Positions 52,032 through 59,679 of a DNA stretch of 59,679 bases are shown one piece after another. Where the stretch lies: IMG/VR virus record IMGVR_UViG_3300022542_001175. The stretch is one strand, 5' to 3'. Origin of the DNA: a virus. The first letter of the stretch is position 1. Every line of letters begins with the position of its first letter. Below the pieces are notes generated by a model. The model did not search any database, was not told the origin of the DNA, and worked only from the letters and a program-made list of their open reading frames with translations. The position numbers were made by a program, and so were the translations under genes.

Positions 52032-53528
52032 CTATCCTCCTGAAAGATCTTTCATTTTATATCCGAGCTCTGAAAAGTGAGCTGCTACTTTACGACTCAC
52101 TTCCTGAGTATGTTGAATATGAGTAAGCTTATTAGCTGCGTCCTCTGCGATTCCTGAGCTCCTGAATCCTGTATAAACTCCTTCATACTTTTCCAAGAGA
52201 TCATCATAAGTTTTTTTTGCAAATTTTAAGATCTCATCTGGATCAGGAAGGATTCCTTTCTCTAATGCTCGCAGCTCATAAGAATATCCATCTGATATTA
52301 TAGCTAATCGATTTACTCTTGCTTGTGCCATAAATCCAAAATCAGGAGCGCTGAAAGCTCCACTCCTCGGATGTGCATGGACAAAGAATTCTGTTCCATC
52401 CAGGAGCATCATCTCCTCATCAGTAAAAGTGATTCCAGTCCTAGATCCTAGTTTTTCCAAGATAGTCCGTCCTTTGGAATCCAGAGCGACACAGTACTCT
52501 TTTCCTGTCTTATGATATTCCAGCATACACTTTTGATAAGCTGCTCTCTCTGCTGCAGAGATAGGAGTGACTTTCATTCCTGCAAAAGCTCGATCTACTA
52601 CTCCTCTTGAAGGATGACGATATCCACGTCTCGGAGTAACAGCTAGCCAGTCACAACGTCCATGAGGATGAACAGGAATTATTCCAAAAGCGTGACTGAT
52701 ATCATAGATCCTTCCATCCAGCGCAGCACACTCCACACAAGCTCCTGCTGCAGCATAGAAGCGGACTCTCTTAGCTCCTAAGTCTCCATATCCTATTAGA
52801 GATCCATGAGCTTGAGCTATCGCTGTCTCAGTGCGTGCTATCATCAGATGTCTCTTCTGTAGAAGGAAATTCTTGTATTTCTTTACTCTTTGACTTACTA
52901 CTGCTCCAGGAATCTTTGCAGCTAAGAGTTTCTGTTCAAAACGATGAACAGCATTACTCCATTTCCAGTGAAGTCCAGTTGTTTTTTTGAGCGAAGCTGC
53001 AAGCTGGATCATAGAAAGTCCTTCTTTAATAGCGAGCTTGACTAACTTTTTAATCGCTTCTTTCTGTTTAATAATAATCTCTGTGATAAGAGCTGCATTA
53101 ATTTTATCCACTGCTTTGATAGCTTCTCTCTTTACTACGTTGAAACTCGCTTCAATGCCAGCAAGATCATACGCAGCTTGTCCTCCTCCAGCTACAGCAG
53201 TTAAATGAATAGGCTTTAATATGCTTTCTCCTTGTTCCTCTATCCACTTCCAGTTTGTATTTCTTATAATCCGAGCAGAAACTATACTAGCTTGATCCTT
53301 CTGTACTATTCGCAGAGATTTATTGTAAGCACGCTTGAGTTCAGGATCTACGATATCAGTAAACCAGCTATTGACTGCTGATCGCATTTTAGGAATATTC
53401 TCATTCTGGACTCGCTCATAGATCCTGTTTACTTTTCTTTTTATCAGAGGAGATGTCATGAGATCCTGGACGGACTTCTGGAGCTCATCAATTTCTTGTT
53501 TTAGGACTAAATCTTGCATTTTTTTCAA
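52032..53528 (-). CDS. head morphogenesis protein (Mu F / SPP1 gp7 family) with about 170-aa C-terminal extension
   Basis: ARTETAIAQAHG ... CVECAALDGRIYD ... PVHPHGRCDW is the Phage_Mu_F signature. The extension contains EFFVHAHPRSGAFSAPD. Confidence 0.85.
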   Translation of the reverse strand: MKKMQDLVLKQEIDELQKSVQDLMTSPLIKRKVNRIYERVQNENIPKMRSAVNSWFTDIVDPELKRAYNKSLRIVQKDQASIVSARIIRNTNWKWIEEQGESILKPIHLTAVAGGGQAAYDLAGIEASFNVVKREAIKAVDKINAALITEIIIKQKEAIKKLVKLAIKEGLSMIQLAASLKKTTGLHWKWSNAVHRFEQKLLAAKIPGAVVSQRVKKYKNFLLQKRHLMIARTETAIAQAHGSLIGYGDLGAKRVRFYAAAGACVECAALDGRIYDISHAFGIIPVHPHGRCDWLAVTPRRGYRHPSRGVVDRAFAGMKVTPISAAERAAYQKCMLEYHKTGKEYCVALDSKGRTILEKLGSRTGITFTDEEMMLLDGTEFFVHAHPRSGAFSAPDFGFMAQARVNRLAIISDGYSYELRALEKGILPDPDEILKFAKKTYDDLLEKYEGVYTGFRSSGIAEDAANKLTHIQHTQEVSRKVAAHFSELGYKMKDLSGG

Positions 53529-53610
53529 AAAATAGCTATTTCTTCAGAGAATTAAGCTCTAGGTCATCGCCTAACGGACGATCTTAAGCATCCGAGTGTA
53601 CTAGCACTCG

Positions 53611-53985
53611 CTATTTCTTGCTTTTCTTGGAGACTCTCTTTGAAGCTGTTTCTTTTTTCTCTGGAGGAAAATCGCTTTCTGCAGTCTCTTCTTCAATTTT
53701 AACTTCCTCTTTAACTTCTTCAGATGCTTCTTTGTCTATCTTAGCTTCTTCCTCTTTTTCCTCTTCTGTCATTTCTCTGTCTTCTTTTGCTTCAACTACT
53801 TCTTCAGTAACTTTCTCTTCGATTTTAGATTTTTTTCCTTTCTTGACGATCTTAACTTCTTCTTCTTCTACTTTTACAGCAACTTTATAAGTACGTGTAA
53901 GAGCTTCAACTGTTGATGGAGATGGATCTAGAATAACGTCTCCAATTTTGTATTGACCCCAATTTTTGATAAGTTTTAATCTCAT
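53611..53985 (-). CDS. E/K-rich hypothetical protein (124 aa)
   Basis: Packed ORF. The C-terminal two-thirds is low-complexity and charged. Confidence 0.5.
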   Translation of the reverse strand: MRLKLIKNWGQYKIGDVILDPSPSTVEALTRTYKVAVKVEEEEVKIVKKGKKSKIEEKVTEEVVEAKEDREMTEEEKEEEAKIDKEASEEVKEEVKIEEETAESDFPPEKKETASKRVSKKSKK

Positions 53986-53999
53986 TTTATTCTCCTTTC

Positions 54000-54206
54000 T
54001 TATAATTGCGGTTCGAAGAAGTCACAGATTTGAGCTAAGAGTCTTTCCGTAGCTTCAAAGAATCGCTGCATTTTATCAGATTCTGATGCTGGAGCTATGT
54101 TCTTTTTGAAATCAGCGCTCCAGATATTATTAACAATCTTACAGATAGTTTTCAATCTGCAGTTAAAACAGCAAGTCTCCACTGTTTTTAGTTCGTCTTT
54201 GTTCAT
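54000..54206 (-). CDS. hypothetical protein (68 aa)
   Basis: Packed ORF containing CCFNC..K..C. Confidence 0.45.
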   Translation of the reverse strand: MNKDELKTVETCCFNCRLKTICKIVNNIWSADFKKNIAPASESDKMQRFFEATERLLAQICDFFEPQL

Positions 54207-54534
54207 CTTGCGCTCCTATTAAATTAATATCGTATAATCCTTTCTGTCCTTTTATTGGAACAGGATGGATCTTTCTCACATCAGTCAAGATCCAGGAAAA
54301 AGCTCTAGGATCAAAAGGACATCGTGCAGCATCTTCATCTTCTTTTCTCATCCTCCTACAGTCCTTCACTTTCACTATAGCAAGAGCAAATCCAGCAGGA
54401 TGAATATTAGGAATTTTTGATGAGACTATAACCAGATCTCCTCTATAGTCTGTGCTCCAGTATCTAGTCTCGATGCTCTTCATTCTATTAACAATCATAT
54501 TAGCCCAAGGTTGTTTGATGCTCAGAGCTTTCAA
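54163..54534 (-). CDS. ASCH (PUA-like) domain protein
   Basis: MKALSIKQPWANMIVNRMKSIETRYWSTDYRGDLVIVSS matches the ASCH N-terminal consensus (alSIkQPWA.lI..G.K..E.R.W.t.yRG.llIha). Confidence 0.7.
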   Translation of the reverse strand: MKALSIKQPWANMIVNRMKSIETRYWSTDYRGDLVIVSSKIPNIHPAGFALAIVKVKDCRRMRKEDEDAARCPFDPRAFSWILTDVRKIHPVPIKGQKGLYDINLIGAQDEQRRTKNSGDLLF

Positions 54535-56048
54535 TAATCTGATCCTTTTATCAATCTCTCAAAGATCTCTTCATATTTCTGTTCTATCTGCTGCAGGATT
54601 CCGAGCTGCTCTGAAGCTAGCTTCTCCGTCACTTCTTCTCCTATCGGTTTGAATTGCGCTCCTATATGATACTGTTCTCCTTCATCATACGCATCTCCGA
54701 GATCCAACTTCTTACGGATCTGATTAGGATTCATAGCTCCTACACTAAAGAGCTGGAAGCAGCGCTTCACTTCAGCATCTAGATCACGTGTATCAGTGAC
54801 TTTGAGTACAAAATCAAAGAGAGGAATGAAATCTTTTTCTTTATCTTTTTGATAGAAAGTAGGAAGTATGCGTCCGTTGAATATGAATTCCATATCGAGC
54901 TGCAGTGGACGGATCATGGAAAAGATGTAATTGATATTAGATTCTTTAGCTGTATTTCCTCCTAAAGCTCCTTCCTCCGCTATTCCTAATTTGTACGGAG
55001 GCATTGAATACGCTACTAGCACTTCATCTCGCTGCATTTTCAAGTAGATCTTGAATCCTCCTTCATCCTTTTTCTTAGTTTCGAGTGGAATCCACTCCAG
55101 CTTTCCTCCTTCTTCGGGAATCTGCAGCACTAAAGTCTTATGAGCGTTCTCAGATCCTTTGATCTCAGTATCCAGAAATTCTTTTATAGTCTTATCAGAA
55201 TCCTCATCCCATTCTCCTTGAAGCACAACTAAAGCTGAAGGAACTCCATAGTTCTCAAAGAAGGATAAATTATAATCACGTATTCCTATGAGACTAAGCA
55301 CAGCTCCGATAGATCCTAGAATGTTAGGAGTTCCATAGTAATCAGATCTAGAAGTGAAGTTTCTGTAGAAGATCAATTCATTCGCTCGATCAGCTTCAGT
55401 GATTCCATTCTTTTTCTTTTCTTCTCCTGTATCTTTGTGAACGTCCTTTTCATATCCAAAATTTTTAAACCAGCGATGAGCTTTCTTTCCTTTGATATAG
55501 CGAATTTGACAATATTTATTTGATGATTCATGAACTCGGATTGTATGAGCAGGAACATAATATAGCTCTACTACTTCATCTATGTTATTGCGCACAATCT
55601 CCAGACACCACCAGCCCATAGAGCCCCAGTCTGTGATGAGATGCTTAAGGATCTGGATCAGCGAGTCTTCATCATTAGGACGCAGCAGCAGCTTCTCCAT
55701 TTTTCCTTTTATCTCCTGCGCTTTTTTGTCTGTTTTTATATCCACTTCTTCTTTTGGTTTAAGCGTGTATCCGAGTCCTCCTACATCCTGAGCTACTTGA
55801 TCCACGCTGCGCATCAGATATCCATTTGATTCATAGTAATCCAGGAACACACTAGGATCATAAGGAGGAGACATTAATCCTTTTTCCTTGAAGTACTGTC
55901 TGTCTTCTTTTAGCTGCTTAGAAGTCTTCTTTACTTCATAGCGATCTAGCTTTTTTAAAGAAACTAAGTGTCCTTTGGAAGTGTATATAAAAGCTTTTCC
56001 TTTTCTGAGCGTAGTCTTAGCTTCTTTTTTTGTTTTAGTTTTTTGCAT
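54531..56048 (-). CDS. portal protein (PBSX/HK97-type)
   Basis: 505 aa. YYGTPNILGSIGAVLSLIGIRDYNLSFFENYGVPSALVVLQG matches the portal core (yG.P.w.ga...i.l......n..ff.N.a.P..ll...G). Confidence 0.8.
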   Translation of the reverse strand: MQKTKTKKEAKTTLRKGKAFIYTSKGHLVSLKKLDRYEVKKTSKQLKEDRQYFKEKGLMSPPYDPSVFLDYYESNGYLMRSVDQVAQDVGGLGYTLKPKEEVDIKTDKKAQEIKGKMEKLLLRPNDEDSLIQILKHLITDWGSMGWWCLEIVRNNIDEVVELYYVPAHTIRVHESSNKYCQIRYIKGKKAHRWFKNFGYEKDVHKDTGEEKKKNGITEADRANELIFYRNFTSRSDYYGTPNILGSIGAVLSLIGIRDYNLSFFENYGVPSALVVLQGEWDEDSDKTIKEFLDTEIKGSENAHKTLVLQIPEEGGKLEWIPLETKKKDEGGFKIYLKMQRDEVLVAYSMPPYKLGIAEEGALGGNTAKESNINYIFSMIRPLQLDMEFIFNGRILPTFYQKDKEKDFIPLFDFVLKVTDTRDLDAEVKRCFQLFSVGAMNPNQIRKKLDLGDAYDEGEQYHIGAQFKPIGEEVTEKLASEQLGILQQIEQKYEEIFERLIKGSDY

Positions 56049-56278
56049 TATTGCCTCCTGTGAGGAGAATGTTCCTTCTCCATGACATCATAATATGTCT
56101 TGATGAGATCTATCTCCTGGAGATCTCCACGATTTACATCAAAAAATCTTATTGTCCAGTCATCATAGTCACAATCGAAATCAAAAGCAGCTATAGACAT
56201 CGCTCGCAGTATGATAGACTCTATCGAATGTAATTCATTTCTTATAAGAATGATTTCTTGCAGCTCCTCATTGATCAT
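56048..56278 (-). CDS. hypothetical protein (76 aa)
   Basis: Packed ORF whose stop overlaps the portal ATG. Confidence 0.5.
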   Translation of the reverse strand: MINEELQEIILIRNELHSIESIILRAMSIAAFDFDCDYDDWTIRFFDVNRGDLQEIDLIKTYYDVMEKEHSPHRRQ

Positions 56279-56366
56279 TCCAGCATCAGGAATAGAAAGA
56301 AAATACTCTTTCCAGAATTTAGCAGCAAGTGGAAAGAGCTGTGAGAATCTTTCTATGAACTGTTTC

Positions 56367-56702
56367 TTATTTATGTAAATCTCCTTTTATGATAAGTCCA
56401 GAACAACAGCCTTCCTTAAAAAAATGTGCAGGATTTTTTCTAATGTATCCTCCAGTTCCAGGAAGTTCTTTGATCACGTTCAAAATCTCTTTTGCTCCTT
56501 CAGCTATAGCTCCTTCTCTTTTGTTTTTCGTGAGATCATAATGAGGAACTATAGATCCTGCTTGAAAATAGCTTCTTTTTAGTCCTAATTTGAGAGCAAA
56601 TTCATGGAGCTCTTCCAGCGAATCAGCAAGCAGATGACAGCTCTCACTCCATTTCCATTTACGATTAGGAATACAGCTCCTCAAGCTATCTACATATATC
56701 AT
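56367..56702 (-). CDS. DUF4031 domain protein
   Basis: W..SCHLLADSLEELHEFALKLGLKRSYFQ....PHYDLT..KR..AI.EGA follows the DUF4031 consensus. Confidence 0.7.
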   Translation of the reverse strand: MIYVDSLRSCIPNRKWKWSESCHLLADSLEELHEFALKLGLKRSYFQAGSIVPHYDLTKNKREGAIAEGAKEILNVIKELPGTGGYIRKNPAHFFKEGCCSGLIIKGDLHK

Positions 56703-57313
56703 TTTTTAAGCTTCACTCCAGAAGTAGAGAAGATGTCTTTTAGTGCTTGCTTCAGGATCATCTTTGATTTCATCTTAAATGATTCAGTGCAGAATTTCTC
56801 CTCCAGCATAAAGCACAGCTTAACTAAGAGATCATCCGCTAGGAGCTCCAGCTCTTCATCTTTGATTTCATACTTCTTTTTTTCCATCGGAGCTCCTTTC
56901 TTCATTTGAGAAAATGCCATCTTCAAAGTCTCATGATATGGAAGGATCTCAATCTCAATGCGTTCCTCTCCTTCAGGAACTCCTAAGAATCTGCGAGATC
57001 TATCTGTACTCTCAATCAGAAAATCATTGCTGATCACTCCTCCTTTTTCCAACGCATCTTCACAGCTCTGGATCAAGTTTGTGAGATCCGCTCTTCCAGT
57101 TCCTGAGCGATAGATTAAAAAACGCACGTCCAGAGGATAAGCTAAAGCTTCTATGAGTCCGAGCTCAGACTTCTGGATCATAAGTTGCTTCGCAGCATCA
57201 CGCTCCCACGCTTGATACTCATCATTAGGAGCTATCCAGGATCTAGATCCTTTCTTCCTGATGACGTGAGAGCTCTTCTTAGCTGGACACTGTCCTTTTA
57301 TAAGGAAAAGCAT
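56699..57313 (-). CDS. RusA-like Holliday-junction resolvase domain protein with C-terminal extension
   Basis: GRADLTNLIQSCEDALEKGGVISNDFLI parallels RusA D.DN..K...DaL...gvi.DD..v. Confidence 0.55.
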   Translation of the reverse strand: MLFLIKGQCPAKKSSHVIRKKGSRSWIAPNDEYQAWERDAAKQLMIQKSELGLIEALAYPLDVRFLIYRSGTGRADLTNLIQSCEDALEKGGVISNDFLIESTDRSRRFLGVPEGEERIEIEILPYHETLKMAFSQMKKGAPMEKKKYEIKDEELELLADDLLVKLCFMLEEKFCTESFKMKSKMILKQALKDIFSTSGVKLKK

Positions 57314-57339
57314 CTTTCTTCCTCCGCTTTTCTCTCTTA

Positions 57340-57561
57340 TTAATTGTCATTTATAGATCTAAACATCTCTTCAAATAATTTTATAACCGCTCTTGCTGCT
57401 ATCAGTCCAGGAATATACGTGACGATATCTGCATCCAGGATCTTAGGATTATCCTTAATTTGCTGCTGAACAATAGCTATTCCTTTATCAACTTCTCTTT
57501 CAAGAATCTTTATTCCTAAGCATTTCTTAGCTTTCACTTTTTCACTCTCTCGCTTTTTCAA
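57340..57561 (-). CDS. hypothetical protein (73 aa)
   Basis: Packed ORF. Confidence 0.5.
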   Translation of the reverse strand: MKKRESEKVKAKKCLGIKILEREVDKGIAIVQQQIKDNPKILDADIVTYIPGLIAARAVIKLFEEMFRSINDN

Positions 57562-57781
57562 GCACAGCTAATACAGCTTTTCGACAAGCAATAAGAGGGG
57601 TTTTATGATGTAGAAGATATAGATAATTATTACAGTCCTTTTCTCTTAAAAAATCCACGCAGTTAGCTAAACTCCAGGAGCTTATTTCTTCTTTTGTAGC
57701 TTTCATTTTTTCACTCGATGAGGACGTGATCCCAGTCCTAGTCCTAATACATAAGGAGCTAAGAATCCAAGTGGAATCCAT
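57542..57781 (-). CDS. hypothetical protein (79 aa, or 54 aa from ATG 57706)
   Basis: Packed ORF with an uncertain start. Confidence 0.4.
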   Translation of the reverse strand: MDSTWILSSLCIRTRTGITSSSSEKMKATKEEISSWSLANCVDFLREKDCNNYLYLLHHKTPLIACRKAVLAVLEKARE

Positions 57782-57827
57782 TCATTCTTGAAAATCCACA
57801 TGAAGAATTTCCTCATCAATAGACGTA

Positions 57828-58154
57828 TTATATCTTCCTGGTTATTAATTTTAATTCTCCTGAGATCCACGCTGCTAAAGGATCTTCATCTTTCATGAAT
57901 ATTACTGAATTCGCAGGAAGAGAGTCCTCAACTTTTACATTGAGATCTAAGTGATCTACTTTGAGATCTGATCCTATCTTAGAAATACGAATAGCTTTGA
58001 TATCTTCCAGCTCCTTCTTCTTCCTGATATTATTGAGAAAGTCCTTGCTCATATCATGTGACATCAGGATCACATTATAAGTAGGAGATTCCTGCTTCTG
58101 GATCAGGAATCCTTTCCTGGATTTCAGCTCTTCTATGGTTTTTGCTAACGACAT
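57828..58154 (-). CDS. hypothetical protein (108 aa)
   Basis: Packed ORF. Confidence 0.5.
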   Translation of the reverse strand: MSLAKTIEELKSRKGFLIQKQESPTYNVILMSHDMSKDFLNNIRKKKELEDIKAIRISKIGSDLKVDHLDLNVKVEDSLPANSVIFMKDEDPLAAWISGELKLITRKI

Positions 58155-58585
58155 TTTTTTAGTTCTCCAGCATCCGAGAATTTAGATATCGGATACCATG
58201 CTACGATGTCATATTCCGATAATGGAAGTCCAGGAATTTTTACTTCAGGATTAGGATCTAAGATCTCAGATCCTGTCCAGTACAGAACATGCTCCAGTCC
58301 TTTGAAGCGTTGACTCTTAACTACGACATAAGCAGCAAAATCTGAGATACAAAATCCAATCTTTAGAGTGAGATCTGCTTTGAATTTTCCTTCACTTACA
58401 TTCTGGAATCCTACTCCTACTACGTATCCTTTGCTCAAGAGATAGCGATGGAGATCTCTATCTGAATATGGGGGTCCCTTGAAATAAAAAAAACGCTGGA
58501 ACTCTTTTAATCCTGTTCCAGTTGCCATGCAAGCGACACACGCTACGCACGTGAAATCGGATCTCTGTTTGATTACATGAGTCAT
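58145..58585 (-). CDS. hypothetical protein (146 aa), possible papain-like/C39-like cysteine peptidase
   Basis: N-terminal QRSDFTCVACVACMATG (Q...C) and a distal H..Y....E.LDP. Weak by-eye call. Confidence 0.5.
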   Translation of the reverse strand: MTHVIKQRSDFTCVACVACMATGTGLKEFQRFFYFKGPPYSDRDLHRYLLSKGYVVGVGFQNVSEGKFKADLTLKIGFCISDFAAYVVVKSQRFKGLEHVLYWTGSEILDPNPEVKIPGLPLSEYDIVAWYPISKFSDAGELKKCR

Positions 58586-59028
58586 TTTTTCTCCAGCAGC
58601 TCTTTATTCATATAAAAATTTCCGATGACTCTTTGATGTTCTCCGTCAATGCCATTCATCAGTGTTCCTAGAGCTGTTTTTATGTGAGGAACTTTAGCAA
58701 AGTTCTCTGTTGATTTTGTCCATTTATTAATGAAGCGCACCCAAAAAGTTCCATTTTCAAAATCTACTATTCCTTGCTTTTCTTGAAATCCTTGTATGAT
58801 ATCTGCTTCATAGATCTCTACTCCGTCCTTGTCTTTGAATCCTGAATAAAAAAGAGGAATAGCTACTTTATATCCTTTTTCTATAGGACGTGCGATCTCT
58901 CCTGCTCCATAAGTCCATAATTTTCCTGTCTGTGTGAGCAGAAACCAGGAAGCAGGACTCTCCATACATTTTGTTATCCTTCCTTCAAACTCGATTTCGC
59001 AATAAACTCGGAAAAAATTCTCTTTCAA
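58582..59028 (-). CDS. YopX-family protein
   Basis: YSGFKDKDGVEIYEADII...GIVDFENGTFWV...RVIGNFYMNKELLE is the YopX pattern. Confidence 0.75.
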   Translation of the reverse strand: MKENFFRVYCEIEFEGRITKCMESPASWFLLTQTGKLWTYGAGEIARPIEKGYKVAIPLFYSGFKDKDGVEIYEADIIQGFQEKQGIVDFENGTFWVRFINKWTKSTENFAKVPHIKTALGTLMNGIDGEHQRVIGNFYMNKELLEKK

Positions 59029-59031
59029 TTT

Positions 59032-59346
59032 TTACTCCTTTGGATATTTTCTTTCTCTACAATCATTGCAAATATCCCATGTCTCAGGAGTGTATGTCTC
59101 CTTTCCTACTGTCACTTTGATCCTGGTTCTTAAAGAACTTATTTCTATCTTACGATGACATACAGCACACTCCAGCTTTTCTCGCTCTTCAGATCTGATT
59201 CTCGAATTAAAATCCATAGCACTTTCCATCGCATCATCTATCCATTTCAAATCATAAATCCTATCGCATTTTGGACAAGTGATCCTCTCCTCTCCATTAA
59301 TTATAAAATTCTGATGTCCGCAGATACATGTATAAACTTCATCCAC
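59032..59346 (-). CDS. zinc-finger protein (104 aa, three CxxC-type pairs)
   Basis: CICGH...CPKC, CAVC and CNDC. Confidence 0.55.
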   Translation of the reverse strand: MDEVYTCICGHQNFIINGEERITCPKCDRIYDLKWIDDAMESAMDFNSRIRSEEREKLECAVCHRKIEISSLRTRIKVTVGKETYTPETWDICNDCRERKYPKE

Positions 59347-59349
59347 AAC

Positions 59350-59556
59350 TCACTCCTTTTCTTTGTTTTCTTTCTCTGGACTGCAATCCATCCTGCTTTT
59401 CTCCTCTTCAGATCTCGCAATCAAAGCATCCAGGATGTTAGCTGCGTCACTCAAAGCAAGATACGCACGCTTCCAGGATGTGTTGATCTCAAAATCTCCA
59501 GCAGCTCTTTCTCCTCTCTGTCTTAATTTCTGGAGTTCCTTTCTTTCAAATTCCAT
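59350..59556 (-). CDS. hypothetical protein (68 aa), start lies inside the terminal repeat
   Basis: The ATG at 59556 corresponds to position 18 of the left repeat copy. AAGGAAAGGAGGATAAT lies upstream. Confidence 0.5.
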   Translation of the reverse strand: MEFERKELQKLRQRGERAAGDFEINTSWKRAYLALSDAANILDALIARSEEEKSRMDCSPEKENKEKE

Positions 59557-59679
59557 ATTATCCTCCTTTCCTTAAGTTGATTATATTCCTGAGCTGTCTG
59601 TGCTTCTCTTCAATCATCGCTAGATATCGATCATTATGATAAATGCACAGCGCAGCTAACTCTTTTTTGCTATAGCTCA
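59539..59679. repeat. Terminal direct repeat, right copy (identical to 1..141)
   Basis: Exact 141/141 identity with the start of the window. Confidence 0.95.

Overview
The window is one complete, terminally redundant genome of a tailed dsDNA phage. Bases 1-141 are identical to 59539-59679, so the unique length is 59,538 bp. Every credible gene is on the minus strand, and genes are tightly packed or overlapping. The sequence looks AT-rich, with strong AGGAGG-type ribosome-binding sites and TTGACA/TATAAT-type promoters, which suggests a Firmicutes-like host (inference). Modules, in minus-strand order: small terminase 9571-9086 and TerL 8222-6879. A PAPS-reductase-like / radical SAM / MazG cluster 6885-4923. 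About 10 kb of small early-type genes across the circular junction (HTH regulators, Zn ribbons, YopX, RusA-like, DUF4031, ASCH). A siphovirus-type morphogenesis block 56048-32160: PBSX-type portal, Mu F/SPP1 gp7-like protein, XkdF-like protease, acidic scaffold, HK97-fold capsid, head closure, HK97 gp10-like, TP901-1-type major tail protein, G/GT chaperone with a -1 frameshift site, TP901-type tape measure, and Dit/Tal/fibre candidates. Then a DUF932 gene, a strong terminator plus consensus promoter at 27.9 kb, and a replication/recombination block 27.6-15.8 kb (Cas4-like nuclease, sigma region-4 protein, replisome-organiser-like protein, MmcB-like nuclease, methyltransferase-fold protein, DUF5131). 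Finally a lysis cassette 13.5-11.6 kb and a ParB-like gene. The stand-out feature is at 14222-15013: 22 tandem units at a strict 36-bp period. Each unit has two near-invariant boxes (TAGCTCGCTY and TGGATTYCT, exactly 18 bp apart) separated by two hypervariable segments of 8 and about 9 nt. The array lies directly downstream of, and overlaps the 3' end of, an IS110-type Tnp-domain (Transposase_20-like) protein that lacks the DEDD/RuvC-like domain. A small PD-(D/E)XK-like gene follows it. It is not a canonical CRISPR and is not coding. I cannot tell from sequence whether it is an RNA (guide-like) array or an iterated protein-binding (centromere/iteron-like) array. No tRNA, rRNA, integrase or cas gene was recognised. 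Family assignments come from reading motifs by eye, not from database searches.
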